A DNA stretch of 20,000 nucleotides from an uncultured virus (IMG/VR IMGVR_UViG_3300030098_003452) (IMGVR_UViG_3300030098_003452:47290-67289), one strand, 5' to 3'; shown: positions 8,551 through 17,648, counted from the first letter of the stretch. Translations and numbers: made by a program. Notes: a model not told the origin generated them from the letters alone.

Positions 8551-9203
8551 AATCCTAATTTATCTGAATAAATATGTAAGTTATGTGCAAAGTGAAAATA
8601 TGTACCCATATCTAACTTTGTTTCTTTGCATACTAACTCTTGTAATTTAGAAAAACAATACTGATCGTTACAAAAACCATACCACAAATCATTACTTCTC
8701 ATTGTCACACACATATTTAATCTATTCTCTACATTTGTGAATTGAACAGCGTAAGTACATGGTGTATCCGTAGCAAATTGATCATGTTCTTTACCGTCGT
8801 ATATTGATATTGCGGCGTGTCTAGTATGTTTGTGTTTCTTAAGTTTATCAATAACATAATCTAATTGATTGTTACGTTTCCATTGATAACCATAATTAGA
8901 GTTAACATTACCTTTTTCATCTGCCATGCGTTTCCATATTTCAGGAATTTTACCATATATATAGCCTAACTTAGATATGCTTTTATCACCAGATAAATAC
9001 CATTCCCACTCAGCTTCAGCGTACGCGTGGCTCCACTTACGTTTACTATCTATAATAGTATTAAACTTTGGTTTATGTAATGTAAACCCTATATTAAATA
9101 AAGCTCTTGTATCAGCAAATTTTCTACCGTGTTTACTTATTCGTTTATAAAAGTATTCAAATGCTTCATTAGCATTATAAAATTCAGTCTCTATATTTTT
9201 CAT
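8547..9203 (-). CDS. thymidylate synthase-fold enzyme, probable dCMP hydroxymethylase/methylase
   Basis: Catalytic PC (TPCT), MRSNDLWYGFCND and HNLHIY; Asp at the ThyA N177-equivalent position. Confidence 0.8.
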   Translation of the reverse strand: MKNIETEFYNANEAFEYFYKRISKHGRKFADTRALFNIGFTLHKPKFNTIIDSKRKWSHAYAEAEWEWYLSGDKSISKLGYIYGKIPEIWKRMADEKGNVNSNYGYQWKRNNQLDYVIDKLKKHKHTRHAAISIYDGKEHDQFATDTPCTYAVQFTNVENRLNMCVTMRSNDLWYGFCNDQYCFSKLQELVCKETKLDMGTYFHFAHNLHIYSDKLGL

Positions 9204-9456
9204 AATAGTATTTATAATATTTAATTACATTATCATGTACATCTTCATCACTATATCTATTAGGATCGGTATGTACTTTACCGTTACCAATTTTTATATC
9301 TATTTGCCAATAATGTAAATTATGTTTAAAGTCAGGACTAATACCTATTTTAATTCCTTTACTTATAACAAATCCAATCATTTTCATTTCTTCAGTACTC
9401 CATGATCTTTTTGGATTACTTTTTCTTGGTGATTTATCCCATCTTTTCCAAGCCAT
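9184..9456 (-). CDS. hypothetical protein
   Basis: 90-aa ORF in operon context. Confidence 0.7.
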   Translation of the reverse strand: MAWKRWDKSPRKSNPKRSWSTEEMKMIGFVISKGIKIGISPDFKHNLHYWQIDIKIGNGKVHTDPNRYSDEDVHDNVIKYYKYYYEKYRD

Positions 9457-9459
9457 TAT

Positions 9460-9491
9460 TATTATCTTATTTTATTTGTATTTAATTTGTA
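9460..9491 (-). promoter_or_regulatory. repeated bipartite motif copy 1, putative phage promoter
   Basis: - strand TACAAATTAAATACA-N10-GATAATA, intergenic between the primase-helicase and the nucleotide-metabolism genes. Confidence 0.7.
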
Positions 9492-11198
9492 TTATTCCCA
9501 AGGCATATCTTCGACTTCAATTACTTGCTCAGGTATAAAACTACCAGACTTAGGCTCCCAAGTAAAATGAGACTCAGCACCATTCTCACCAAGGTTTTGG
9601 AACTTAACTTTAAGTACTTTAACTTTAGTCGTTTTGGCTTCGTAGTCCCTATGGACCAAGAGTCCATGATAACTCGCGTCATACCACTCACCTCCTCCTT
9701 TGATGTTGTACATTGTTGGCTCTTCGATTTTTCCATCATTTCCTTTATACATTTTAGTTGGATGTGCTACGATAAAAACTAACACATCATATTTCTTACA
9801 AAAAGTCTCAATCTTAGCTAGATAATCCATCGTGTAACGGTTTACATCATCTGACACTGCGTTTGTGTCTCTAATCTTATTAAATGGATCTATAACAAGA
9901 CATTTAATACCTTTGCGTTTCACAAGTTCAGCACCTTTACGTAATACAGATTCTAAACTATATTTATCCATATCAATAAAGAAATAATTATCATTAACAT
10001 GGTCGGCTACCTCGTTCCATTTACTACCACCTATATCTCCAGCTGACGGCATGTCTTGCCAAGTTTTCCTCATTAATTTATGAGCATGTAAATATGTTGG
10101 AGCATTTTCTGGACTAGCAAATGCCGTTTTCCAACCATAATTTTTATTATATCCTACAACCATTTGATCAACAAAATCAGACTTACCACTACTAGGTATA
10201 CCAGTGACAGTAATGAACTGCCCAGTATAAGTACTGAAAATATTGTCAAAATTTTTGAGTCCGACCTGGAACCCAGGCTTAAAACCATTTTTAACAAAGT
10301 CTTTAAGTTCATCTTCTATATCTTTTAATGTTGATACATTTTCTAATGGTACAGGTCTCGCGCTATGTATAACATTCTTTAACGAGTCTGCACCATGTTT
10401 TAATAAGTAATCATTAGCATCTTTTTCTCCGTGAAAATCAACAAGATAACAAACTTCTGCTCCAAGTCTTCTTACTAATTCCTTTTGTAACATTTGACCA
10501 GGTTCATCTTGGTCTACTGCTAATATTACTCTAGTCTTGTCATCAAAATAATCAATACAATTATCTAAGTAATCTAAATTATTATTGTTTAATGTGGCTC
10601 CATTAGGAACTGAAATAGCATTTGGAATACCGGCTTCATGTAATGCTAACACATCCATTTCACCTTCAGTTATCACGCAAGTGTCATATCCTACGATACT
10701 GTTAATATTATAAAATACTTTTTCAGCGCCTTTATAAAGCTTGAAGTTTTTTCTACCATCTCTGTATTTAATATTTATAAGTTGATCACCCATAAAATAA
10801 TTAAATTGAATAGTATTTTCCTTCTTTCCTGTCTGAGGCATAAACTCTAGACCTTCAATAACTCTAAGTTCTTTTAAAGTTTGTTTTGATATACCTCTTG
10901 TTCCAAACCACGTTTCCACATTTGTACTAACATCTTTAAATTGCTCTGGTGTTTCAGGTCTTATATAAACCCTTTCGCTAGCACCTTTACGTTGATACGT
11001 GTGTAGTTGAAAAGTAGTATTACAGTTGTGACAGGTACCAAGACCACGTTCCCAATCATAAGAAGCACATTGTGCTTTTTGATTCTTAGGTTTCCTATCA
11101 GATGAACACAGGGGACAAATCCCCTGCGTAGCACCTTCTTTTAGGCTATATTGATTGAAATTGTCAATCAAGAATCCATTGATCTCTTCTACACTCAT
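9492..11198 (-). CDS. bifunctional DNA primase-helicase (T7 gp4/Twinkle-like)
   Basis: Zn finger CPLC...CHNC, TOPRIM ITEGEMD and DQD, KDAND, Walker A GIPSSGKS, Walker B LVIDP. Confidence 0.92.
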   Translation of the reverse strand: MSVEEINGFLIDNFNQYSLKEGATQGICPLCSSDRKPKNQKAQCASYDWERGLGTCHNCNTTFQLHTYQRKGASERVYIRPETPEQFKDVSTNVETWFGTRGISKQTLKELRVIEGLEFMPQTGKKENTIQFNYFMGDQLINIKYRDGRKNFKLYKGAEKVFYNINSIVGYDTCVITEGEMDVLALHEAGIPNAISVPNGATLNNNNLDYLDNCIDYFDDKTRVILAVDQDEPGQMLQKELVRRLGAEVCYLVDFHGEKDANDYLLKHGADSLKNVIHSARPVPLENVSTLKDIEDELKDFVKNGFKPGFQVGLKNFDNIFSTYTGQFITVTGIPSSGKSDFVDQMVVGYNKNYGWKTAFASPENAPTYLHAHKLMRKTWQDMPSAGDIGGSKWNEVADHVNDNYFFIDMDKYSLESVLRKGAELVKRKGIKCLVIDPFNKIRDTNAVSDDVNRYTMDYLAKIETFCKKYDVLVFIVAHPTKMYKGNDGKIEEPTMYNIKGGGEWYDASYHGLLVHRDYEAKTTKVKVLKVKFQNLGENGAESHFTWEPKSGSFIPEQVIEVEDMPWE

Positions 11199-11506
11199 TA
11201 AAATGGTAGATCTTCTTCAGCCGCAGCAGGAGCAGGTGCTGGTGCTGATTGGTTATCTCTTGGAGCAACGTCTACATTAGTACCGTTAGTCCAAACTACC
11301 TTTACATTACCAAGGTAAGTTTTTTCTGCTTTAGCATCCCTTTCTTCCTTAGTTTGTTCTACAACTACAGGTCCTTGATTACCGAATTGATCTAAGTCAT
11401 CATTTAATGTAATTGTAATAGGTAAATACTTACCTTTCTTACCTACAAAGATTTTCTCTTTAGGTATATTGTTCAAGTTAATACTTGTTTTAATAATACT
11501 TGCCAT
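11198..11506 (-). CDS. putative single-stranded DNA-binding protein
   Basis: GKKGKYL and YLGN motifs; flexible tail ending in acidic EEDLPF; lies between exonuclease and primase. Confidence 0.7.
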   Translation of the reverse strand: MASIIKTSINLNNIPKEKIFVGKKGKYLPITITLNDDLDQFGNQGPVVVEQTKEERDAKAEKTYLGNVKVVWTNGTNVDVAPRDNQSAPAPAPAAAEEDLPF

Positions 11507-11667
11507 TAATAATTATTTATTTGGTTAAACATTCTAGTTAATTGTTCTTTAGTTACACTAGTATTTCTTCTAATGTTATCAACAGCCTTTAAATGGCTTT
11601 GGTTCTTATAGAAATTGCTTATACTTGTTTTAACACCAGTAACATCACATACTTTTTTTCTTGCCAT
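11506..11667 (-). CDS. small hypothetical protein (53 aa)
   Basis: Hand-translated MARKKVCDVTGVKTSISNFYKNQSHLKAVDNIRR...; stop overlaps the next ATG. Confidence 0.7.
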   Translation of the reverse strand: MARKKVCDVTGVKTSISNFYKNQSHLKAVDNIRRNTSVTKEQLTRMFNQINNY

Positions 11668-11676
11668 AATATTTAA

Positions 11677-12417
11677 TTAAAGTGTTTTACTTATGAAATA
11701 CTGTTTAGGATCAAAATCCTTAGTTTTATAGAACAGGTCATAAGCTTCCGCTGCTCTACGTATTTTATCTTCTCCTTTTTCATAAAATTGAGGAGAACAA
11801 TCAAACATACCTATTTGGTGCGTCGTCTTGTCAATAACTATGAATAACATCTCGTATCCAAATAACTTACTATAGATATAAGCTTGTGAATCATAATTAA
11901 ATTTACTAGCTGACCATTTAAATTTATCTATATCGCTAGTTGTTTTTAAATCTATTACTAATTTCTCGCTATGATTAACAATATCAGCTTTGCCTTTCCA
12001 TTGATTGCCAAATAATTCTGTAATCATAGGTACTTCAAAATCATTTAATTTACCATTTGTACCCATGATAAGATCAGCACAAATATCATTAGCCATAACT
12101 TTATCTCTCATTAATTCGATTGTATCTACTTCGTGTTGAAGCAAACAAAGCTCTCCACCAGACATATCTTTATACTGCTTAGTATTTCTAGTAGCTGAAG
12201 GTATTACTGTGAACTTCTCCAGTTTATCTGGTTCAAGTATACACGTGTGAAAATATCCACCTACTAGAAAAGCCGGTGAAGGCTTTGATTGTTTAAAAAC
12301 ATTTAATGGATCTTTTAATAATTTACCTACATGTGAATTAGATAGAAATTGATTACCAAAATCTCCATAATAGTCTTTATCATTTTTTAGCTTTTGTAAG
12401 ATTTGTTCTTTGTTCAT
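11677..12417 (-). CDS. RecE/exonuclease VIII-like PD-(D/E)xK exonuclease
   Basis: LSNS, GGYFHTCILEP, KGKADIV, IDLKTT and YDSQAYIY motifs. Confidence 0.82.
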   Translation of the reverse strand: MNKEQILQKLKNDKDYYGDFGNQFLSNSHVGKLLKDPLNVFKQSKPSPAFLVGGYFHTCILEPDKLEKFTVIPSATRNTKQYKDMSGGELCLLQHEVDTIELMRDKVMANDICADLIMGTNGKLNDFEVPMITELFGNQWKGKADIVNHSEKLVIDLKTTSDIDKFKWSASKFNYDSQAYIYSKLFGYEMLFIVIDKTTHQIGMFDCSPQFYEKGEDKIRRAAEAYDLFYKTKDFDPKQYFISKTL

Positions 12418-12945
12418 TTGTTAGTTTATATTTAGATTCAATAGCATCAATACTACCGCCAGATCTTACATAGCTCATAGCAGATTCCATTTGATCTTTT
12501 GTTATAGCTGGTTTAGCAGCTTGTTTAATTTTATCTACAGCTTTAGATTTACCATGATCATTATTAGCATCTGCATCTTGAGTATCATCAATCAAGAATA
12601 GATTACCTAAAGCATACTTCTTCCCATAAGATGAAGCCGCTCCAAATTTTTGTGGCATTTGCATTCCTTTTGCTCCCAGGTCTACACCTACCACAGCCGT
12701 TGCTGTTATTTGATTTTCGCCATCAGAAATTGTGGCTGTAGATTTAATTATCGGTATATCACAATCCATTAATATTTCTTCATTAACAGTTACCGATACN
12801 NNNNNNNNNCTGTTAAGAACGGTTTGGTAGCTTCAAGTATATCTTCAGCTGACCTAAAATAATACTTACCAAAAGAATTAAATCTAGATTTTTTAGATTT
12901 AAATTTAGTTTGTATTATTGCTAATTTTTGGTTTAATTCTTTCAT
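12380..12945 (-). CDS. ERF-family single-strand annealing protein, split by the N gap
   Basis: N-terminus MKELNQKLAIIQTKFKSKKSRFNSFGKYYFRSAEDILEA upstream of the gap (12800-12809); QKFGAASSYGKKYALGNLFLIDDTQDAD ERF motif downstream. Confidence 0.85.
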
Positions 12946-13016
12946 AATTTTGGTCTTTGGTCTATATATATTATTACACGTTTTTTTTCACTTTTAATTT
13001 TATTTTTTACTCTAAC

Positions 13017-13772
13017 TTACAGAAATTCAATCACTTGTGAGTGATCTACATTTTCAATTAATGTATCGACAGCTTGTCTTTTTAATTGTGAAATTCTCAC
13101 ATAAGAACTATCTCCGCTCATACCTAGTTTGGTTGCTATCTGTGAGGCTGTATGTTTTTTACAATCAAGTCCATAACTAAGTCTAAGAACTTCGTATTCT
13201 TTTTTGCTTAAGTTTGATTTTAATAGACTCATTAAGTATTTATTTAACATATCTATATTATATGGTTCGGATTCATCTGGTATTTGATATATCATATCTT
13301 CATTTTTAGGATTTGCATCAATACTTAAAAATATAGAATTGAAAAACATTTCTACCATTTTTTTATCTTTACCAAAGTTTTTACGTATTTCATTCATTTT
13401 ATGTTCTGGTATACGTATATTACCTCTATTCATATCTATATGTCTTCTTATACTACCTTTTATTCTTTTTGATAAAAATGATTTTAAAGTTTTTTCCATA
13501 TCTTCAGATTCTTTAAGTTTCTCATAATCTAATTTTTGAATTGCTTGAACCAATCCAATATGTCCAAAACCTATAAAATCCATTACATTCATCACACCAC
13601 TAGCTTGTTGTGAAGTTGAAAATTTTCTAGCTATATTTTCTACTAATGGTAAAAATTTAATTGTCAATTCTTTTCTATTATAGTTATCTAAAGAAAGATC
13701 TGGCAATCTTTTTATAGCTTGTACTATATCGTTTTTATATCTAACATAATTTTGTATATTATAACTTTTCAT
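13017..13772 (-). CDS. phage-encoded sigma70-family RNA polymerase sigma factor
   Basis: Region 2 LPLVENIARKF and DFIGFGHIGLVQAIQKLD; IRIPEH; region 4 LSKKEYEVLRLSYGL...IATKLG...RISQLKRQA. Confidence 0.85.
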   Translation of the reverse strand: MKSYNIQNYVRYKNDIVQAIKRLPDLSLDNYNRKELTIKFLPLVENIARKFSTSQQASGVMNVMDFIGFGHIGLVQAIQKLDYEKLKESEDMEKTLKSFLSKRIKGSIRRHIDMNRGNIRIPEHKMNEIRKNFGKDKKMVEMFFNSIFLSIDANPKNEDMIYQIPDESEPYNIDMLNKYLMSLLKSNLSKKEYEVLRLSYGLDCKKHTASQIATKLGMSGDSSYVRISQLKRQAVDTLIENVDHSQVIEFL

Positions 13773-13776
13773 TTTT

Positions 13777-14172
13777 TTAACAATTTATTGGTTTACTAAT
13801 TTTAGGACTACCCGGTTTTGATATTTTAATCTTTTTAATTTCGTTTCCGTTAAATTTGTGCAAATTATTTTTACTTTTATATCTATATGTTTTTATTGTT
13901 CCATTTCTATAATAAATAGTAATTTTTCTTATATTATTATAATATTTATTATTTTTATAATTTTTATCAAATAAATGTAAATATAATAATTCACTTTTAT
14001 CTATATTAATAGTTTTTTCTTTAATATATTTAGTTTCTGAAAATTCAAATATTTTTTTTGATTTGTTAATTTCTAATATTTTATTTCCAGATATCTCTAT
14101 ACGTACAGTGTCTATTTGTGAATAACAAGTTATTGTTAATAAACTAAATAATAATAATTTAATTGTTTTCAT
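13777..14172 (-). CDS. hypothetical secreted protein
   Basis: Signal peptide-like MKTIKLLLFSLLTITCYS|Q; Lys/Asn/Ile-rich, very AT-rich DNA. Confidence 0.6.
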   Translation of the reverse strand: MKTIKLLLFSLLTITCYSQIDTVRIEISGNKILEINKSKKIFEFSETKYIKEKTINIDKSELLYLHLFDKNYKNNKYYNNIRKITIYYRNGTIKTYRYKSKNNLHKFNGNEIKKIKISKPGSPKISKPINC

Positions 14173-14528
14173 TTGTTTAATTTTTCGTTAATTCTTTCTC
14201 TAATTATTCTTATATCATTTGCTTTTACTTTATAATCATTCATTAATTCTTTCGGTACATTATCCCAAGCTCCGATATAGTTTTGTACATTAAATCCTCT
14301 TTTTATACATTCGTTATATAATTTTATATATCTATTTTTTAAATATAATAATTTATTATAAAAGAATTTAACATGTCCACTACCTAATTTAAATCTTTTA
14401 GGTATTCCATCCATATTATATTTACCTTTAGCAATACAATTTGGTATACGCTTTATTTCTCTATGTTCAGCTATTAAATGTTGATTAACTAATTCAGCTG
14501 GTGGTATTCCTGCGTTTATTCTAGTCAT
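14169..14528 (-). CDS. denV: pyrimidine dimer DNA glycosylase (T4 endonuclease V-like)
   Basis: MTRIN N-terminus (catalytic Thr2), QHLIAEHREIKR and LGSGHVKFFYNKL; true start 14528. Confidence 0.9.
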   Translation of the reverse strand: MTRINAGIPPAELVNQHLIAEHREIKRIPNCIAKGKYNMDGIPKRFKLGSGHVKFFYNKLLYLKNRYIKLYNECIKRGFNVQNYIGAWDNVPKELMNDYKVKANDIRIIRERINEKLNK

Positions 14529-15145
14529 AATTGTTGGTTTAATAATTCCTTTTCTCGTTTTAATTCCGCACACATGTTTCTATGTATTGTTCTTATTGAG
14601 CAATTTAAATGAATTGCTAATCTTTTTATAGTTATTTTTCTATCACTATCATTTATAGATAACATCATATCGTATATATCACTTGATGTAATGCTTTTAG
14701 ACCTACCTATTAATTGACCTACAATACGTAATTTTTCTTCTTTACACATTCGATTATTAGGTTTAAATATAACTTTTCTAAGTTTATTGTTAGGAGGTTT
14801 TTCTAAATCTAACATGCTAACTTCATACACTATTTTTCTTAATAATTCATTGTGTATGTTAAAGCTAATAAATCCATTATTTTTATCACATATTACCTCA
14901 GCTAACTTCATAAAGTCATCTTGGTCTAATTGTGGATTAAGATACCAGAGTACGAGCAGATGCCACTTAAGAGATTTATACGTAGTTATTTTAGCAGAAG
15001 ATCTAAATAATTCATAACATTCATGAGTACCATTTAGATAAAACATATACACTTTATTTTCTTGATCTGGTACGTCTGTTATTGGTAATCTACGATATAC
15101 GATACGACGATCGTTGAGATATTTTAAATTTCTATTGTGTGACAT
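14525..15145 (-). CDS. hypothetical protein with C-terminal helix-turn-helix
   Basis: KITIKRLAIHLNCSIRTIHRNM HTH-like pattern. Confidence 0.6.
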   Translation of the reverse strand: MSHNRNLKYLNDRRIVYRRLPITDVPDQENKVYMFYLNGTHECYELFRSSAKITTYKSLKWHLLVLWYLNPQLDQDDFMKLAEVICDKNNGFISFNIHNELLRKIVYEVSMLDLEKPPNNKLRKVIFKPNNRMCKEEKLRIVGQLIGRSKSITSSDIYDMMLSINDSDRKITIKRLAIHLNCSIRTIHRNMCAELKREKELLNQQL

Positions 15146-15152
15146 TAGCCTA

Positions 15153-15287
15153 TTACTCTTTATTCTTAGGGGCTGTTGTCACAGTCCCCTGTGGTTTTAA
15201 TGTGGTAAATATAATTCTTGTTTCATTATCATTACCATATTTAATTTCATTAAATTGTTTTATTCTTAATTTTAATCTTTTATTCAT
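15153..15287 (-). CDS. small hypothetical protein (44 aa)
   Basis: Hand-translated MNKRLKLRIKQFNEIKYGNDNETRIIFTTLKPQGTVTTAPKNKE; ATGA overlap with the upstream gene. Confidence 0.5.
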   Translation of the reverse strand: MNKRLKLRIKQFNEIKYGNDNETRIIFTTLKPQGTVTTAPKNKE

Positions 15288-15475
15288 AGTCCTGATTTTT
15301 TCAAAAAATATTTATATACTTCTGGTATATGTTTTTTATAATAAGGTTGTTCTGATTTACACCATTTTTTAATTTCATCTCTTGATTTAAACGATTGATA
15401 TTTATAAGTCACTTCTAAATCATCTATAAAATCTCCAACTGTCCAACCTTCCCATATATGTTTATCTCTATTCAT
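15284..15475 (-). CDS. hypothetical protein
   Basis: Likely start MNRDKHIWEGW, overlapping the ligase stop. Confidence 0.7.
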   Translation of the reverse strand: MNRDKHIWEGWTVGDFIDDLEVTYKYQSFKSRDEIKKWCKSEQPYYKKHIPEVYKYFLKKSGL

Positions 15476-16346
15476 AATTTCTAATACATTTAAATAACGG
15501 ATGTCTATAACTACCCGCTTTTGTTCGTTCAAAATACGTGAACGTCGCTATTTTACCTACCCAAGTTTTCATTTCTTCAAAATTCTTTTGTAAATAATCA
15601 AATCTATCCATTACAGGCATACCAAATTCATTACCATCAGCATCGACAGCCATAAACTTGCCTATAGTACCTTTACGCTTACCTTTACCTTCAACCCAGT
15701 CGGTTATAGTAGCTTCAGTATCGGAGAAATCTTTAACTTTCATTAATGTCCAACTTCTTTTACATTCATAAGGCTCATTCTTTCTTAATATAGAACCTTC
15801 ATAACCTAGTTCTAAAAACTCTTCGTGTTTAGCTTCAACTTCTTCAGTATTATGTACTAAATAAGAAAGAGTTGGCATAATTATATTTATATCAGAATCA
15901 AACTTACCAAATGCACCAAAATTTTCATTTATAAATAAGTTTCTATCTTCAAATGTCCAATCTTCATTTACTATATCGTAACAATGAAATTGTACCATTT
16001 TAGATGATTCTATACGGTCTTCTGTTGTTGGTTTTGTTTTTCTGACTAATGATATAATCTTTTCAAAATCGTCTTTTAAATCGTGATTATATAATTCACC
16101 GTCTAATATAACATTAGGATATTTTGTAAAGAAAGGTACTAATTCTTCTAATATATGGTCAATATTTTTCCACTCTTTACCTGTACGTGAATATGCTACA
16201 ATACGAAAACCTAAATCGTCACCTTCGCGTTGTATTAAACATCTAACACCATCTAATTTTGGTTGAAGATATAATGGCCAATCACCATCTTTAATTCTAC
16301 TGTAATCACCCACGTTTTGGGCTAACATTGCTTTCTTTCTCATCAT
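15468..16346 (-). CDS. ATP-dependent DNA ligase (minimal: adenylation + OB domains)
   Basis: QPKLDGVR (KxDG), ILDGELY, FHCYDI, GYEGSILR and LMKVK motifs. Confidence 0.92.
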   Translation of the reverse strand: MMRKKAMLAQNVGDYSRIKDGDWPLYLQPKLDGVRCLIQREGDDLGFRIVAYSRTGKEWKNIDHILEELVPFFTKYPNVILDGELYNHDLKDDFEKIISLVRKTKPTTEDRIESSKMVQFHCYDIVNEDWTFEDRNLFINENFGAFGKFDSDINIIMPTLSYLVHNTEEVEAKHEEFLELGYEGSILRKNEPYECKRSWTLMKVKDFSDTEATITDWVEGKGKRKGTIGKFMAVDADGNEFGMPVMDRFDYLQKNFEEMKTWVGKIATFTYFERTKAGSYRHPLFKCIRNYE

Positions 16347-16356
16347 AATTTTATTA

Positions 16357-16388
16357 TATTATCTTTTTGTTATTGTATTTAATTTGTA
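16357..16388 (-). promoter_or_regulatory. repeated bipartite motif copy 2, putative phage promoter
   Basis: TACAAATTAAATACA-N10-GATAATA, ending 10 nt before the ligase ATG. Confidence 0.7.
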
Positions 16389-16675
16389 TCATCTAATTTC
16401 TTTTTAAGAATATCTATTTTCTTTTTTATTTTAGCACATTTTTCATATTCTTCTTTTTCTTGATAAATATTTAACTGTGTCATTAGGCTGGCTAACTCAC
16501 CTAATAATTCTTCTTCAGTATTATTTTTTTTAGGTTTTTTACCTATTCCAGGAAAATACTTTTCCATATAATCAAGAGTGGAACTGGTATACCAACTAGC
16601 TCCTTGTTGAATATATTTAGTTAATAATTTATCTACAATTAAATCTGCTAATTTATTCATTTCTTTTTCTGTCAT
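16379..16675 (-). CDS. hypothetical protein with C-terminal UvrB/UvrC (UVR)-like coiled-coil motif
   Basis: EKEEYEKCAKIKKKI resembles the ExYExAAxxRDxI consensus. Confidence 0.6.
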   Translation of the reverse strand: MTEKEMNKLADLIVDKLLTKYIQQGASWYTSSTLDYMEKYFPGIGKKPKKNNTEEELLGELASLMTQLNIYQEKEEYEKCAKIKKKIDILKKKLDDTN

Positions 16676-17100
16676 ACTTTTTCTTCGTATTTAGTTAATA
16701 ATTTTTCTGGTTTACCCACAAATATACAGTTGTTATCATAATCTAGTATACTTATCCATATATCTGCGTGATCTTTTACCCATATAAAATATTCGTAATC
16801 TTCCCAATCTTTTTCAACTGGTTTTTGTAAATATACATTACCTGGTCCATCTTTTAATAAACCTACTATTTGAGCTGTTAAACAACTCATACCATTAGCA
16901 TATGGTCCTTGCATACCATGAGATATACCATTTACTATGTTATAACCATCTAATAAATTAGCTAATTTAACTCCTAAATATTCTGGATAACCATCATAAT
17001 GATGATATATTTGAACGTGTATTTGATCCACACCTGGATGTTCGCTGAAAGATACTCCATCTTTTCTCTCAACAAAATTAATTAATGCTCTTGTTGCCAT
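16672..17100 (-). CDS. hypothetical phage protein
   Basis: MATRALI...IYHHYDGYPEYLG...DYEYFI, a pattern I recognise from phage early genes; function unknown. Confidence 0.75.
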   Translation of the reverse strand: MATRALINFVERKDGVSFSEHPGVDQIHVQIYHHYDGYPEYLGVKLANLLDGYNIVNGISHGMQGPYANGMSCLTAQIVGLLKDGPGNVYLQKPVEKDWEDYEYFIWVKDHADIWISILDYDNNCIFVGKPEKLLTKYEEKV

Positions 17101-17112
17101 AATTTCTAATTT

Positions 17113-17379
17113 TTAATCTAATAATATCATATATGCCTTTGGGTTATACTTTCTAAACCAATCTAAACCTTTTCTAAGATCAGCTACATGTTGAGGAGTA
17201 TTAAACATACCCATCTCAATAACTATTGAAGCACCCATAATAAAGTCATACACACTTAATTCTACGTTATTTAATTCATATTCTTCACCTGAAAATCTAT
17301 TAGCTACTACATCGCCTTTTTCATAGATTACTCCGTTAAACCAATCAGGTATTGGTTGTTTATTTGTTTTTATATTCAT
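17113..17379 (-). CDS. hypothetical protein
   Basis: 88-aa ORF in operon context. Confidence 0.7.
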   Translation of the reverse strand: MNIKTNKQPIPDWFNGVIYEKGDVVANRFSGEEYELNNVELSVYDFIMGASIVIEMGMFNTPQHVADLRKGLDWFRKYNPKAYMILLD

Positions 17380-17647
17380 AGTATAATTCTTTCATTGTTT
17401 CTATAATATGTCTACCAGTCGCGGTATGAAAACCATAATTGTGTGTGTGAAGTGCAGGTATAACTTGATTTTCACAAAGTAATTTAAATAAATCAAACGC
17501 TTTGTTGTGTTCAAATTTAATACAAGCTTCGTTAGCTGCATAAGCTAGCGCATCTGTATCATGTTTACATTCACCATATACAAACTCAAGATATAGTTTT
17601 ATTCTCTCGCTATCTGTTAGTTTCATTCCTTCATCTGTTAATTTCAT
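17360..17647 (-). CDS. hypothetical protein
   Basis: 95-aa ORF; N-terminal MKLTD is duplicated. Confidence 0.7.
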   Translation of the reverse strand: MKLTDEGMKLTDSERIKLYLEFVYGECKHDTDALAYAANEACIKFEHNKAFDLFKLLCENQVIPALHTHNYGFHTATGRHIIETMKELYYEYKNK

Positions 17648-17648
17648 A

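Noticed and set aside
12780..12830. Frameshift or pseudogene in the ERF gene
   Set aside because: The frame break coincides with a 10-N scaffold gap of uncertain true length.
12900..12914. Partial match to the repeated promoter motif (TTTAGTTTGTA)
   Set aside because: It lies inside the ERF coding sequence and lacks the GATAATA box at the fixed spacing.
4936..16346. Stop-codon reassignment, introns or inteins in core genes
   Set aside because: RNR, primase-helicase and ligase are uninterrupted and of normal or minimal length under the standard code.
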